The notes beneath the pieces are model-generated. The model made no database searches. It had not been told where the DNA came from and saw only the letters and a list, made by a program, of their open reading frames with translations. A stretch of DNA of 64,000 nt from Ministeria vibrans ATCC 50519 (Eukaryota > Protista > Filasterea). Shown one piece after another: positions 12,654 to 26,300 of the stretch. The DNA lies in the NCBI GenBank assembly GCA_943704425.1, contig CALSCP010002679.1, forward strand, positions 32,586-96,585, written 5' to 3'. Numbering within the stretch: the first letter of the stretch is position 1; every line of letters starts with the position of its first letter. The translations under genes were made by a program, and so were the position numbers.

Positions 12654-13500
12654 AGAAGAACAACAATGCAACCACCTATTAATGATGCAGTCACCATGGC
12701 CACGCAAAAGACACACCCAGCCCGCCTTGCAAACTCAACCGAAACTCTAGAGGTAACATGTGAGAACAGTGACAGGTGAGACTAGATCTAGAGTGCTGTG
12801 TCGTCGCTATGCCGTGAGGCAATCGCAATGGTACGCCATACCCCCAGTGGGGGCTTAGGGCTCTGACATCACTGGTGTCTGTCGGCTGCAAGGAGTGTAA
12901 AGTCGAAGTCGTGGTAGAAGCGATTGGATCGGTGGTCGGCGGCGGCAAGTCCAGGTGGCTGCGGAGCACTCCCGTGGTACACAGGCGGCACGAGTCGGCT
13001 GTAGGGCGGCCGGTGTGCTTGTTGTTGTGACTATGTGTTAGATTATGAGGATAAAGATATGTATGGGTAGGGGGAAAAAACAAGGGGTTCGGAAGGGTAA
13101 AGCACTGACTGAGTGCCGTTGACGGCGACGATGAAGCATTTGTACATCGGGGGATGAAATGCTTCATAGTGTGTGTCGTTGGTCGCGCGCAGTGCCTCGG
13201 CAAGGTTTTTGCCGCCCGGTAAGTCGTGTCGGTGTCGGTATAACCGCTGGGTGAGCACGGTGGAGCAGAAAGTGTTCTGGGCTCTCCGTGGTCAGCGGTG
13301 GTTGTTGCAGCTGTTAACTTTGTAGTTGTTATGGATGTGGTTGTGGGACGGCTGCGCACGCGCGACACAGAAATGTGTCGCCCGTCGCGCCGAAGGGAAT
13401 GTTGAACCGAGCAAAGGCTAGGCTTATCATACCTCGGCGGATCCAGGTGGTGCCCGTGAAGAGTGCGTTACAGCGGAGAAGCAGCAGCACTTGCCCAGAA
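12654..13500 (-). mobile_element. Degenerate 5'-truncated LINE-like element: C-terminal CCHC region of ORF2 plus 3' UTR (copy B)
   Basis: Minus frame from 13499 reads QVLLLLRCNALFTG...FLCRAC...(two TAA in a Gln-rich run)...ESPEHFLLH(R), matching the CxxC...E-x-x-E-H-F-L-L-x-C zinc knuckle after non-LTR reverse transcriptases. Same 3' tail as copies A and C; 5' end abuts (AAT)n. Confidence 0.6.
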
Positions 13501-13514
13501 ATAATCTTCTTTTA

Positions 13515-13563
13515 TAATAATAATAATAATAATAATAATGATAATAATAATAATAATAATAAT
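13515..13563. repeat. (AAT)n microsatellite
   Basis: Direct observation. Confidence 0.95.
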
Positions 13564-13705
13564 ACGAAATAAATACGTTGTCGTATAGCGAGCGTACGAC
13601 GAACTCGAGAATAATTATTATATTTTTATGAATGGATGAATAAAGCGTCTTTTATGATGATCTTCGAAATCGATGCTACGTGCTCTACTGAAGCTCTAGT
13701 GAGCT

Positions 13706-13750
13706 TCGGGAGTAAATCGGGAGTAAATCGGGACTTCATCGGGACTCGGA
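13706..13750. repeat. 11-bp-period tandem repeat with TCGGGA core (4 copies)
   Basis: TCGGGA at 13706, 13717, 13728 and 13739. Confidence 0.85.
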
Positions 13751-14309
13751 TCCGAATTGATTAAACTTGAAATGCCAATGGGAGAATAGCTGGAGCTGAG
13801 ACACGGCTCCTCCAAAACTGTACTCTACCCCATGGGAAGTGGGAAGGAAGTGGGAACCAACTTCCACAACTCGCCCGAAGTGAGACCACGCGCCAAGGCC
13901 TGGCATCGCTGTCTTCGTCTTCTATCGGAGCGACGCCCCAACGACTGGGTCATGGTCCCACTCGTCTGACGTTTCCAAAGAATCCGGACGAGGAATGATC
14001 CTCATCATTAATAATTGGCAAACTGTCAGTTGCAGGAAAAAGACGAAAAAAAAAGTGTGACATTGATTGACTGATTGTTGAACAAAAGGTAGACTGAATC
14101 ATTTAATACGTTTGACCGTGAATTCATGATGTTGAATTGTTGATTGTCAAATTTGTCATGTTCAATGGGAATCGCAGTTTGCTTAGCTTTCAAATTTGTA
14201 ATTCATAAACAAGAAAACCACATCGTACATAAAAGTGACTATTCAAAAGACGTGATGAATTCTTTTTTTCATTCACTTCGACAAAAAAATTTTCTCTCTC
14301 CTCTCTCTC

Positions 14310-17300
14310 TCACAGACTCTCAATGATTCCATTGCAAATGTCTCCCATCTCCAGCCCATCGCAAATGGAGCGTCCCAAACGAATGAGCAAATTGACAATG
14401 GTTTTGGCCAAACTGCCCAAATCAATCGTTAGGTCAAACTTGAGCGGAATGCCAAAGACGACGGCGTCGAGTGCAACACTCAGTGTGCCCTGCAGCTTGC
14501 CCGGGAATAGTTCGAGGAACACATTCAGGTTGTTGAGCTGGAATGCCTTCATGAACAGACTGATGAGTCCGTCAATCGCCATAAAGCCCAAATTGACCAC
14601 TCCACGCGCCAGTCCCACCGCTGCATCGCACAGGAAGAAGCGCGCCTCGCGATGCAGCGCCATCTGTGTGCGCGGAATGTACGCGTGATCGTCGACATCC
14701 ACATACGACGACACCACCTTGTCATCATCGTCAAACACAGACGTGCCGTACTCGAACGTTCCCCGTCGCCACACCTCAACTTCCTCGTGGGTGCCCACTC
14801 CCTTGGCACACCGACCAGTCGCGTCCCACATGCGATCCGCCCACACACACGAGCCAGACGCACAATCGCGGTCCTGCAGACACGCAATGCCCGCCGGCAC
14901 CTCTCCCTTGGCCCACCAGCACCGTCCGTCGATGGTGCGATTGCGTGGATCGTTCGGCGACGCACACTCGTACTTCCATTCGCCATCCTCGAGCAGCCAC
15001 TTCTCGTCGTCGTGTGCCGCCACCAGTGCACGATCAGACTCCGTCAGTGTCGCCATGTGTGCCAACAGCTGACGGTCCTCCTCCTCAAAGGACGGTGGCA
15101 TCACAGGCGCATGCAGCGCATTGCCCCGCCCATTTTCCGCCGAGCGTCGACGGTGCTCCGACAACATCTCATTTGTCCACATCATCTCTTCCTCTTCCTC
15201 CTCTACCTCGTCGTTCATCTCTTCCGGCCGCTGCATGGCAGCCACCTCCTGGTACCGCTGCTCGGCCAGATCAGCCTCACGCGCCCACTCGGCTTCCCAC
15301 GCGTCTACAGCAGGAGTGCCTGGCAGCGCTACCCGTCGCTTGGGCGCCGCTTGGAAGTGTCCTGTCGACTCTTCTTCGTCGCGTCCATTGTCAAACTCCA
15401 TATCATTCTCCCACACCTCGTCGTCCATCTCTGCGTCGCGACGTGTCACCGCCGCCAAATGCGAACCCTGCAACATGTCCGGGAATTCACTGCTGGCACT
15501 CGCCACACTGCCACCATACAGCATCGGCATGTCGCTTGGGTCGGGCGATGCCATGCCATACAGTGTTACGGAGCCACGCGTCGACCACAACGCCAGTGTC
15601 ACCAGCCCCGCCTTGGACGAAGCTGCAACTACCGCGGTCGCTGTGCACTGTAGCTGAACAAACTGCCGATCCGACGTGGTGTAGCCGGCTTCTTCGCAAC
15701 GAATCGACGGCGTGGGCGTCGTGTGACGCAGCTCTACCGCACTCTCGTACCACGACCAGGCAGCGCCCACCGTCGTCGTCGACGCGTCCAACAGTGGCGC
15801 ATTGCCCAGTGCCTCGCCCACAATCTGATCGGGCGCACAGTCAACGCACGTGACAAACAGCACGAAGCGTGTATCGGCGGCCGGCGGCATCGTCGTTGGC
15901 TTCACAAACTGCATCACAATCGACGTGGCCGACGTCGCCTGCCACACCGTGTTCTCCAGCTCAACGGAACGCGGTACAAAAGCTTCACCTCGCGACGTCA
16001 GGGTCCATCGCGACTGCACACCCGCATCATACTCCACCGCAGCCGCATACACCTGCGACTTCATTGCGTACTGCGGCGGTGGCGCACACACGTCATGCGC
16101 ACCCACACTGTTCGGCACGCATCGGTCCACAAGTGTCTCATCGGCTCCTCGCGTGCCCTTCAAACACTGGCCCAGCTCGGCCGGATTGCACTGCGAGCCA
16201 ATGGGAAGATCCCCGCGTGCACTGAACGGACACACACCCGCGCTGTCCAACTGAAGGAACGTCTCAAAGCACGCCAACACACACACGTTGGCCACGCACT
16301 CGGCTGTGCCGCGTGTTGCCGGTCGACACTGACTCGATGTGTAGCAACCGTCACCCGCAGGAATATCACTGACACCCAGGTAGTCACAACTGCCGTCCTT
16401 GCGCAACTTAATGCTCGGGTGAGCACACGCAGGTGTACATGTGCCACGCGTGCACTTGGCAATACCACGCACGCGCGGGACACACTGCGAGTCCTTGTTG
16501 CACGACGAGCCTGCTGGTAAGTCAGCGTGTCCCTGAAGTGTACACCGACCCGTCTCGGGATGCACTGGGATGTCATCAAAGAGACACTGCTCGCGACACT
16601 GATTTGCCACACACACAAACACCGCGTTGGAGATCTCCTGACGACAGTTGCGTGTAACATTGCACGGTCCAAACGGTGGCACGTCCCACTCGCCGCTGTA
16701 CAGACACTCGCCAAGCGAGTTGAGCGGCGTGTTTGCCATGTAGCAAGTCTGCTCACACACACCCGCAACGCACGCCGCCGATCCACCGCCACGTCGCTGA
16801 CACTGCGAATCGGCTGTGCATTCGTGGCCCACTGGCAGATCGGCGTTGCCGCTGTACTGGCACTGTGGCACACGGTCCACAACGAGTAGAGGAACTTGCA
16901 GGCGACACTGATGCGCACACGCGCCCGCAATGCAGCTCGCGTCACCCTTGCGCGGTGCAGCACACTCCGAATCATACTGGCATGTCAGTCCCACCGGCAG
17001 GTCGGACTCGCCCTTGTACTTGCACGTGCCATCTGCCTGGTGCGGAATGTCGTCCCACACGCACTTCTCGACACAGGTGCGGTCCTGGCACACTGTGCTC
17101 TTGCAATGGTGCATCTCGACACACTGCATTCCCAGTGGCACATCTTCAAGACCCTCGTACTCGCAGGCGGTACCCAGTGGCGTCGCCTTGAGCGAGTATG
17201 GGCACAGCATCTCGCACAGGCCAAGCCAGCAGCGCGCTTTGCCATTCACCTCCGGACGCGCCTTGCAATTCGTGTCCTCTGCACACACAGCCCCATGGGG

Positions 17301-20300
17301 CAAATCACCCATGCCTGTAAACTCACAAGCGCCACTGGCGAGCACAGGAATTGAGGGCAAGCGACACGACTGTACGCACACTCCGTTGACACAGTCGGCA
17401 CCGCCACCCTTGAGCGGCAGGCACTGACCAGCTGTTGCACATGCGTGTCCCGCAGGAATGTCCCCTGCGCCCACGTAGCTGCACTTGTCACCAACAACCG
17501 TTGCACCAGTATGTTCGCACTCGTGCACGCACACGTTGGCCTTGCAAAGGGTGACAAATGTTGCCTTGGTTTGGCACTGTGCAGCGTACGTGCAGCCCAT
17601 GCCGGCCGGCACATCGCTGTCTCCCCTGTAAACACACTTACCAGTGTGTAGCGTGTCCCCAGCACACCCGCTTGGCGCAAACGACGCAACACGAGCATCC
17701 AGATGCACACCAGCACGCGCGTGCATATATCCTATGCTAGGCGACACACATTCCTCAACGCAGCGAAGCTCTTTGGACGGGTCGCTGTTGCACAGCTTCA
17801 CAGCTTTGCAGGTCGCACCAGGCGCACAGTCGAATGGACTCGCACACGGGAAGCCGCGCAGTACGTCCTTGCTGCCCTGGAACATGCACTTGCCCTGAGC
17901 CTTGGTCGACTCGTACGCCGGAATAAAACACTTTTCAATGCACCGACCCGCCACACAAGTCGCGCGGCTCTGCGACTGGCCCCGACACGGAATGGCCGAG
18001 TTGCAACCTGTGTTGCCGTAGTTCACAGCACACTTACCGTCCGTCTTGCCGTGCGGTACGTCACAGTGCTGCGACGCACAATGCACGTCCAGCTTGCAAT
18101 GGTGTCCGTTGGGCGCATTGCCCGCCCCATACTTGCAGTATCCACGCTCGTCGCGCGTGTCTCCGTTGGTCGGACACACCTGCGCACAGATGCGCTCGTC
18201 GAGCAAATCCGAACGTCCCTGACCCTTGCCGTATCCTTCGCCGGTACACGTGCTGCCGACGGGACAGTACGTGAGAGGCACATTGGCCGACGCGCGACAG
18301 ACACCACCAATGCGACCCACCGTCGAAGGTGTCGTCGACACCATGCGCCCCGCCACGAGCGATGCGCTCAGAGGGTTGGCGTACAGCAATGCTGCCGTCG
18401 TGTACATGCGTGCGGGCGTGGCAGCCAGTTTGATCGCTGTCAGAGAGTCGCTAAAATCGTAGACCACCTCACCACTTGAGACACCGTCCACAAAGAACTC
18501 AACAGTGGCCGCTTCGGCGCGCACCACCACGGCGACATGCTGCCAGCTCAGCTTGCCCTCCTGACTCGGCACACGCAACACCACAGTGCGCTCGCTGCTG
18601 AGTGTTTTGACAAGTTGCTCGCAGTACCGCTGGCGCATCTGCACCACCACACGGCCGTCGCAGGTCACAGCGAGTGCCACAGCACCCACCGCAAACGAAG
18701 TCTGCTCGCAGTTTTGCGTCTTGGCGGCGTTCGCACGCACCAAAGGTGACGTGTCTGCCTCCTTCACCGCCGTGTTCATGGCTTGCCACGCCGGACTCGC
18801 CGCAAGCACTGTACGCACACCTGTGCCACTGCATGTGCCCTCGTTGGCGAGCAGACGCACCCATGCCATAAGCGTGATACCTCGATCAAACAGGTTGGGG
18901 ACATCACTGCCACTGAGCACTCGCTGGTTGTGGGTCGTCGACGACGCCACCGCCTTGAGATATTCAAAGCCGCCCTCGACAAAGCCGCGCGTGCCAAGTT
19001 GTCCCGTCGACAGGGTCAATGTCAGTTGGGGTGCCGTCGCACTGCCTCCCTCGCGCATCTTCACCGTGTTCGAAGCGACACCCGTGCTGCGCAGACGGAC
19101 CGTCAAGAAGCGCTTTTTTGCCACAAGAGCCGCATTCACCACACTCTTCAGGTTGCATGCACCCTTGGCATCCAGCGAACACGCAACCGTGCCCTTGCTT
19201 GCCTCCGCCGGACCCGACTTTGTTGCTTCCGCAGTTCGCCAGTCCTCATACGCCTGCTGCGCATCGAGCGACAAAACTTCAACAGTCGTCGAGCCGCCCT
19301 GCACCGTCAAAATCGCGTCGACAAGTCGATCAGCACGACCCACTGCAGGTGTCAGCTCAAACATCACAAGGGCACTGTTGTCTCCTGCGAGTGTTGCCGT
19401 GGCTGTCTCGCCCGACCAGGCTGCATCACGCAGTCCGTCCGCCACCGCCGCAAGCACCGACACCTTGTCGCCGTTCACTTCGCGCACCGTCCACGTAAAG
19501 TCGTCTGTGGGATCCTCCGAACCCTCTGCCGACACCATGGGGTTCCACCCACACGTCCAGTCGTTCTGTCCCTCAATGGTGAACGTCAATGGACGACTCG
19601 ATGTACTGTGGATGCGCAGGCCAGTGACGCGCGTGGTCGCCGCAAAGCGAACTGTCAGCGTTGCAAACTCGCACGCGCTCGTTGCTTTGCCATCAGTAAG
19701 CGCACTCTTACAGTCGCCGCTGCCAATGGCTGTCATGTTGGTGCCAAGCACACTGTGGATTTGGACACCCGCTGGTTGGTCGCCGCGTAAAAATTCAAGC
19801 TCAAGGATGTGTGCGACGTCCTCAGTGACCACAGTGTGGCTCGAACCGTTCTGCGAACGAAGCACGGTAATCCGCATGGCATCCACATAGTTGAGCGCCG
19901 GATGCTCAGGCGCACGCATTGGTACCACAGGCGCATCGCCAAGCTTGGGTTCAACCATGCCCAGCGGCACACGGTTTGCCAGAGGATCCGAGTCGTCGTG
20001 CAGCACATGCCAGCGTGGACGCACGCTGCACTTGGACGCGACACGGCCAAGAAGCTTCCAGCGCGATGACGCACTCGCCTTTACGGCAAACGCTTGCATC
20101 ATCAGTGGGTTTGCAAGCGAAACACGAACTGCGTCGGTGTAACCCGTTGCTGGATAGGGCACGTAGTCGGTCGAGGACACAGTCAGGCCCCAGACAAAGT
20201 CGACGGAGCCATGTCCAGCGTTGCGATACACAGCAACAGTTCCCTGTATACCGGACGTGACTGCCTTCAGTGCCACCGTCGTGTAGCCGTACATGGCGCC

Positions 20301-23300
20301 CGTGGTCGTCTGATGGTTGTCACAATTCGACGCCAAGTCGCACTCCCACACCTCCACAGTGAGAACCGAACCGGGCGACACACTCGACGCCTGATACTTT
20401 TCGTTCCACGCAGGTGTCGCCGAATCCGTCTTGGTCGTCGACACAAACACTTCCGTGCCGTCTACCAAAAGTCGCACATACGCGTCCGCAGAAGAGCCCA
20501 TTCCACGGCCGTGCAACACCTCAACAAAAAGCGTGCCCTTCTTGTGTGCCTTAGGCGTCCACGACGTCGCAGCAGAGCCATCGCTGGCAGTCGCCTGCGA
20601 CAGCGTGATGCCCGATGCGGCATTTGCGTAGGCGGCGGCGTCAAGGCTCTTGTAGAACCAAACCTCTTGCAACGGCTCGTTGTTCAGCGCCACCAGCATG
20701 AGTTCCGAATACTCAAAGGCCGACAGACACTCACCCCACTCGCGCACCAGGCCCGTCTGCTTCATCACGCTCGTAGCACACCATTCAAAGCCACGTCCGA
20801 GCGTCGTACAGCCCGTGAAGTGGTGCGCCTCAAATACAAATGGCACACAGGCGGCTCCCCTGGTCGTGACACGGTTGGGAACCTGCTCACGTTCGCGCGC
20901 GTCTGCAAACTGCGCCTGCTTCACACGCGCCGGGTTTTTGTTGTACATTGCCTGACGCACGAGTGTGCGCCAGTATGACACACGATCGCCAAGGATGCGG
21001 TGTGGCGAGGGTCGTGTGCCATTGCCCAGTGCTGTCATGGTGACATTCACGTCCATGTACTCAATGAGGTCCGACACGACGCCAATGGACGAGCGCACCA
21101 TAGCCTCATCGCATACTGCCTTCTCTGCATCCCAGGATTCGTCACAGTCCATCACATCATGCACAACGTCCGTCACGGCATCTGCCAGTGCAGCCCACTT
21201 GCGCTCGCGATCCACAACTATGTCACGAGTCAGTATGGCTGTCGACGAAAGTGCCTCTTCAATACGCTCGAGCATGCTATTGTCGCCACTACGGCGACGG
21301 GACTTGGGCAGTTGGGCGCGCAACTCGCCTCGGTGCACACGAATACTGGTGGAAATACCCTCGCGAGCCGCGTCGAAGTCACGGACATGCATCGCGGCCG
21401 CCGTCACGTACTCGCTCGCTTCGTCAAGCTTCTTCAGCTGACACACCTCGTCACATGCGCCATTTGTCGCGCCCGTGGCCACTGAGACCTCCTTTACCTT
21501 GGCCAGACCCAGCTTCACCTCGTCCATGTAGCGTGCCGAGTAGTGATCAAGCTGCTTCACGCGCTTGCTGGTGTCGTCACGATACTTCTTCAGCTTCTCG
21601 TTGAGTTTGCCCATTTCCGCCTGGCAGGTGGGACCGTAGGACGGGCACTCCGCACCAAACGCCTTAAACACGCCCGCGAGCACCTGCTTGAATGCCTCTC
21701 CAATGGCCTCGCCCAGCTTGCTAAAATCGCCGGTGCGCATAAAGTCCTCGATGCCTTTAATGAGAGCCGTTCCCGCCTTCTTGAACCCGTCCACAAGTGC
21801 TGTCACAAATTTGACGACGGCCGCAGCGGCCGCCTCGAACGCCGCCCCAATGGCCTGCACGGCAGCCGTGGCAAATTCAGCAATGGCCTTGCCGGCCTCC
21901 TCAAAGGCCGCGCCAACATCGTCAAAGAACTGGTCACAGTCGTCGTTTGCCTGGTCCATTGCCTTGTTAAACGCCTCGGATGCCGATTTCAGCTCGGTGC
22001 GAATGCTCGTCAAAATCTTGCGCAGACGCGAGTCGTTCACCGTAATGTTCACCATGAATCGCGAGTCGGCCACCGAGCCGTAGTCCGCCTCAATGTCGAT
22101 GAAAGCCGAGAGCACAAAAAGGAAGGGCATGTCGTTGATTTCGATGCGCGTGCGCACCATGTCCATCGACACGATGATCTCGGTGCACATCCCCAGAAAA
22201 CTGCCTGCCGCACTGATGTTCACGCCCAACTCCTTGATGGGACTTTTGCCCTCGGCCAACGCCGACATGGACAGCACCACATTGGCAAAGAAGTAGGGGC
22301 CGTTGACATTGTCGGCGCATGAGCGCTGCAACGCCACAATGCCGCCCAGGTCAAAGGCATTCTTGAGCCAAAACTTCACCTTGAAGACAGCCGGGTCGGA
22401 TGGCGGCGGCATGATCACCACATCGGCACCCGCTTCAATTGACAGAATCTTCACATGGCCATAGAACTGGAAGCCAAACGGGATGCGACGCGTTGGCGTC
22501 TGGTGTCCAGCAGGATTGGTTGTGAAGCTCAGACGTGGGTTGCCTTGGTCCTGACCGGCCGGCGGACGCGGGAAGCCCGACGTGAGCACATCGTCAGGCA
22601 TCACGCCGCACACGTCCTTGAACGTATCGGGACTCATCGTTGCGGCAAACACCTCCTTGAGCGTCATGCCGTAGAGTGCGCCGAAGAAGTAGTTGTTCAG
22701 CGGTTCGGCCGTGGACACTTGGAAGTCCAGACTGCCTCCAATGCATCCGGTCTTTTCCACGAGCTTGGTGATGCCGCTGACGCGCTCTGAGCAGCCTGCG
22801 GCGCCATAGCGCACGTCTGCCGCCAGTCCAAATGCCGACAGGCCAACAGGTGACGAGGGCGAAATGCCTATCATAAGACGCGCATTGCCAAAGAAGAAAT
22901 GCTTGAGCCCAAACGCATTGGGCCAAATGCCAATCATGCGCGCATCCAACGTAAACTGAGTGGTACTAATGGAAATGGTCAACGAGAAGATGAGGTTGTT
23001 GACCGGCGCGCACGAGCCGCTGGCAGGCGGTCCATCAATGAGTCGGCCAATGTCAAGTGACAAACCCGCACTAAAGCCCAATTTGACTTTGGTCGGGTCG
23101 GGTGAGACCACTGCAAAGAACCCAAGTTCCTCGAGGATCACCTCGGGGCAGTTGTTGTCGTCGCGCGACAGAACGAAGCCACCGATGCTTGCACCAAACT
23201 CCACGATAGGCGACTCGCCCGCAGTGGGATCGCCCGGATTGATGCCAAGGTACATCATGATGAATACGTCGCCGAGATTCTCCTTGATGAAGTGGCAAAT

Positions 23301-26300
23301 GTCACCGCAGTCGGGACTCGACAGAGGCGGCAATGAGATGCTGAGCAAGACGGAGAAGCCCTTGGGGATACGCTTGGCATACTTGTACGCGTCAAACTTG
23401 GGTCGCACATTGGGATTGAGTAGGAGGTCTTTCTCGTCACCCGAGTAGGTAAAGGCAATGCGAATGTCCACGTCGCGAGGAACGAACTTGTTGATGATGC
23501 TCGTGACATCCTCGCCCGAAATGGCCGACGTGACGACGCCAATGAGCTTGGCAATCTGCTTGAGCGACACCTCCACTGTCATCGCCATCGACTTGAACAT
23601 GTCGAGTGCCGTCGACCCAGCACCACGACGGCGGCCCACTCGTGTATTCGGGTCCTTTTGGAAGAGTCGCAGCTCGAGGGGACACGTAAATGACAGCCAC
23701 TCGACCGTGACCGAGAGTGACACCAGTGTGTAGGACTTGCCGAAGCCAGGGTACACCTTGATTGTGGGCGCGATGAATGTGATCGAGCCAAGGATGCGCA
23801 AAAAGCCATTGAGAAACTTACTCTCGGCCCAGCGACCTGCCGTGTAGCCGCGGAAGGGGTCCACACAGTAGTTGGGCTTGATACCGGGCGCAACGGAACC
23901 CTTGTGCGGCACGCACCACCCAGACTCGAGCTTCTCAAGCGTTGTACAGGCACGGCACAGACCGTCAATAGTGAGGTACTGACCAGCTGGGCAGTACTTG
24001 CACGAGTGTCCATTGGATGCGGAGCCGGAAGGGCAGCGAATGCATTGGAAGGTAGCGTCTAAACGCACGTCAAATCGACGACAGCGTCCATGTTGAATGC
24101 ACGAACACTTGCTCTTGATCGTATCTCCGTCGGCAATGTCGGCGTCCGCACGACGTACAAGTGCCCCAGCCTCTGCTTCGTCATCACCAACGCCACGGCG
24201 ACTGGTTGGCGTTGTGATACACGCAGTCTTGTCAGCGTTGTTTGTCTTCCCGCTGCCACACTTCTCGCACGAGCGTCCCTTCAGAATGCTTCCATTCGGA
24301 CACAGCTTGGCGGCATCCTTGAAGCACTTTGGCGGGAAATCGGTCTTATCGAGACTCGCTGGCATCGAGCGAGGGCAGTCGAGCAGCTGCTTCTTACTCG
24401 TGTCGCAGTAGAAATGATCGGGAATCACCTCGCCAGCGGCGCCCGTACATGTGCAGCCCACCTTGCTGGCATGCACAGTGGATCCGCCAATGGCAGAACA
24501 TTCAAAGTCAAAGCAGCCGTCGTAGTACGAATTGAGGGCACGCGTGTCGCACGTGAGACACTGACCCTGGACACGCGAAAGGAAGAATCCCTCTGTGCAC
24601 TTGATTGGCAGACACTGGTCGCCACCGCGCGAAACAATGGTGCCCGCGGGACAGGCAACGCACGCAGTACGATCGCTGTTCACAGCCTCGCCCTTCTTGC
24701 AGGGCGTACACGCTGTCTTGGGCGTGTTAAGGATTGCGCCCGTCATGCACATTTCACACGTCGTCCCATCGAGTGAGCAGCGTGAGCATTGTGGCAGGTC
24801 GCATTCACCCGTGTTGCTTTCACAGCCTCGCTGGTCTTTGGCCACCTTTGTCTTGCCAGTGCAACTCATGCAACCCGTGCCCGCAACGTTCACCGCCATG
24901 CCTGAGGCGCATGATAGGCACGCCTGCAATGTGGTGTCGCGGTACTTGCCGTTGGGACAACGATCGCATGCACTGTGGTCTGCCAGTGGAAACATTGGCG
25001 AAGCGCATTTGACGCACTTGTCGCCCTGGACAGCCTTGTCGCCGGTGCACGCAACACATTCCCCGTCCGCCGTGCGCGCATTGCCCGCATCAGCGGCGCA
25101 CTCTTTGATGAGACAGCGCTGGTGATCTTCGGCCGCTTTCATTCCGCTGGGACACGAAATACACTTTTTACCGTCCGCACTGACAACCAGGTCGCCGGGA
25201 CAGGCCAAACACTTGCCGCTTTCGAGTTTGTGACCCGGTTGACAGCGAGTGCATGTCTTGTCGTCGCCTTCAAGGCAGTTGCTCACCGTGGCCGTCTTTT
25301 GCTTGCATCCATCAGCAAGGCGTTCCGTTGTGGCCGACGGGCAAGTGACGCAGGCAGTGCCGGCTGCGTTCACTGCCGTTGTTCCAGTGCACTCGGTACA
25401 TTTGCCACTCACGAGTGCCTGGCCGGCGGGGCATCGTACACAAGCACTGCCATCTGCAGCTCGCTTCAGAGGCACCACGCATGCTTCGCAGGCAGTGCCA
25501 GCAGCATTCAGAGCGCCTTCAGCGACGCTACACGTCTTGCAGGCGATAGCCTTGCGGTACTGAGGTCGCACACACGTGATACATCCGCTTGAATCGCCCG
25601 CGGGAAACTCGCCCGCCTTGGCGTCACACTCAATGCACTTGAGACGATCCGCATCGGGCACCTTGGGCGATTTACACTTTGTGCACACTCCCTCGTTCGC
25701 GTAATGGCCCACAGTACACAAAGCACCGAGTTCCGTCTGTTCCCGCATCACTTGGTTTGGGTGTTCCCAGTCGCATGTGCACCCAATAAGATTGCCGCCG
25801 TCGAAATCGCCATAACACTTGGCGTCACGACCGACAAATTCGGCATTGTGGCCAAAGGCGGCGGCCATCGAACGGATGCTCATTGAAGGAAACTCGACGT
25901 AGCCAAACCAGCGCATGTCGCCCTGCACCGCAAACTTGCTGAGTTTCGGGTCGGTGACACAGCGACTACCGTCCTTGGCCATGTCCTGACCGTCGGGACA
26001 CGCTTCCGCACCGTCCGCCGTACACGTCTGTGGGTCGTCCTTTTTGCGCATCTTCAAGGGTGCCACGCACGCCGTGCACTTGTTGTCGACGACACGCTCG
26101 TTTGCCTTGCACGCCTTGCTCACAAGCTCGCACACTACCGAGCCGTCTGACTTGGTCTTGGCCACGAGATCGTTATCACATCCTACTGCGCAGATCGTTG
26201 CGTCGGCAGAGCTACGCTTCTCGCCGGCGGGACATGGCGTACAGTCGGTGCCGACAATCTTCTCGTTGGCCTTGCACTGTACGCACCGATTATCCTTCTT

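Noticed and set aside
13300-13335. In-frame TAA codons in a Gln-rich run, suggesting TAA=Gln recoding
   Set aside because: Host genes (CNOT1, TAT, TAT-SF1) terminate at TAA; mutational decay (e.g. CAA>TAA) in a dead element is simpler.
13706-13750. Short direct repeats as a CRISPR array
   Set aside because: 11-bp period, no unique spacers, no cas genes, eukaryotic context.
13789-13812. ctggagctgagacacggctcc resembles a 16S rRNA segment
   Set aside because: Only ~20 nt match and the flanks do not resemble rRNA.
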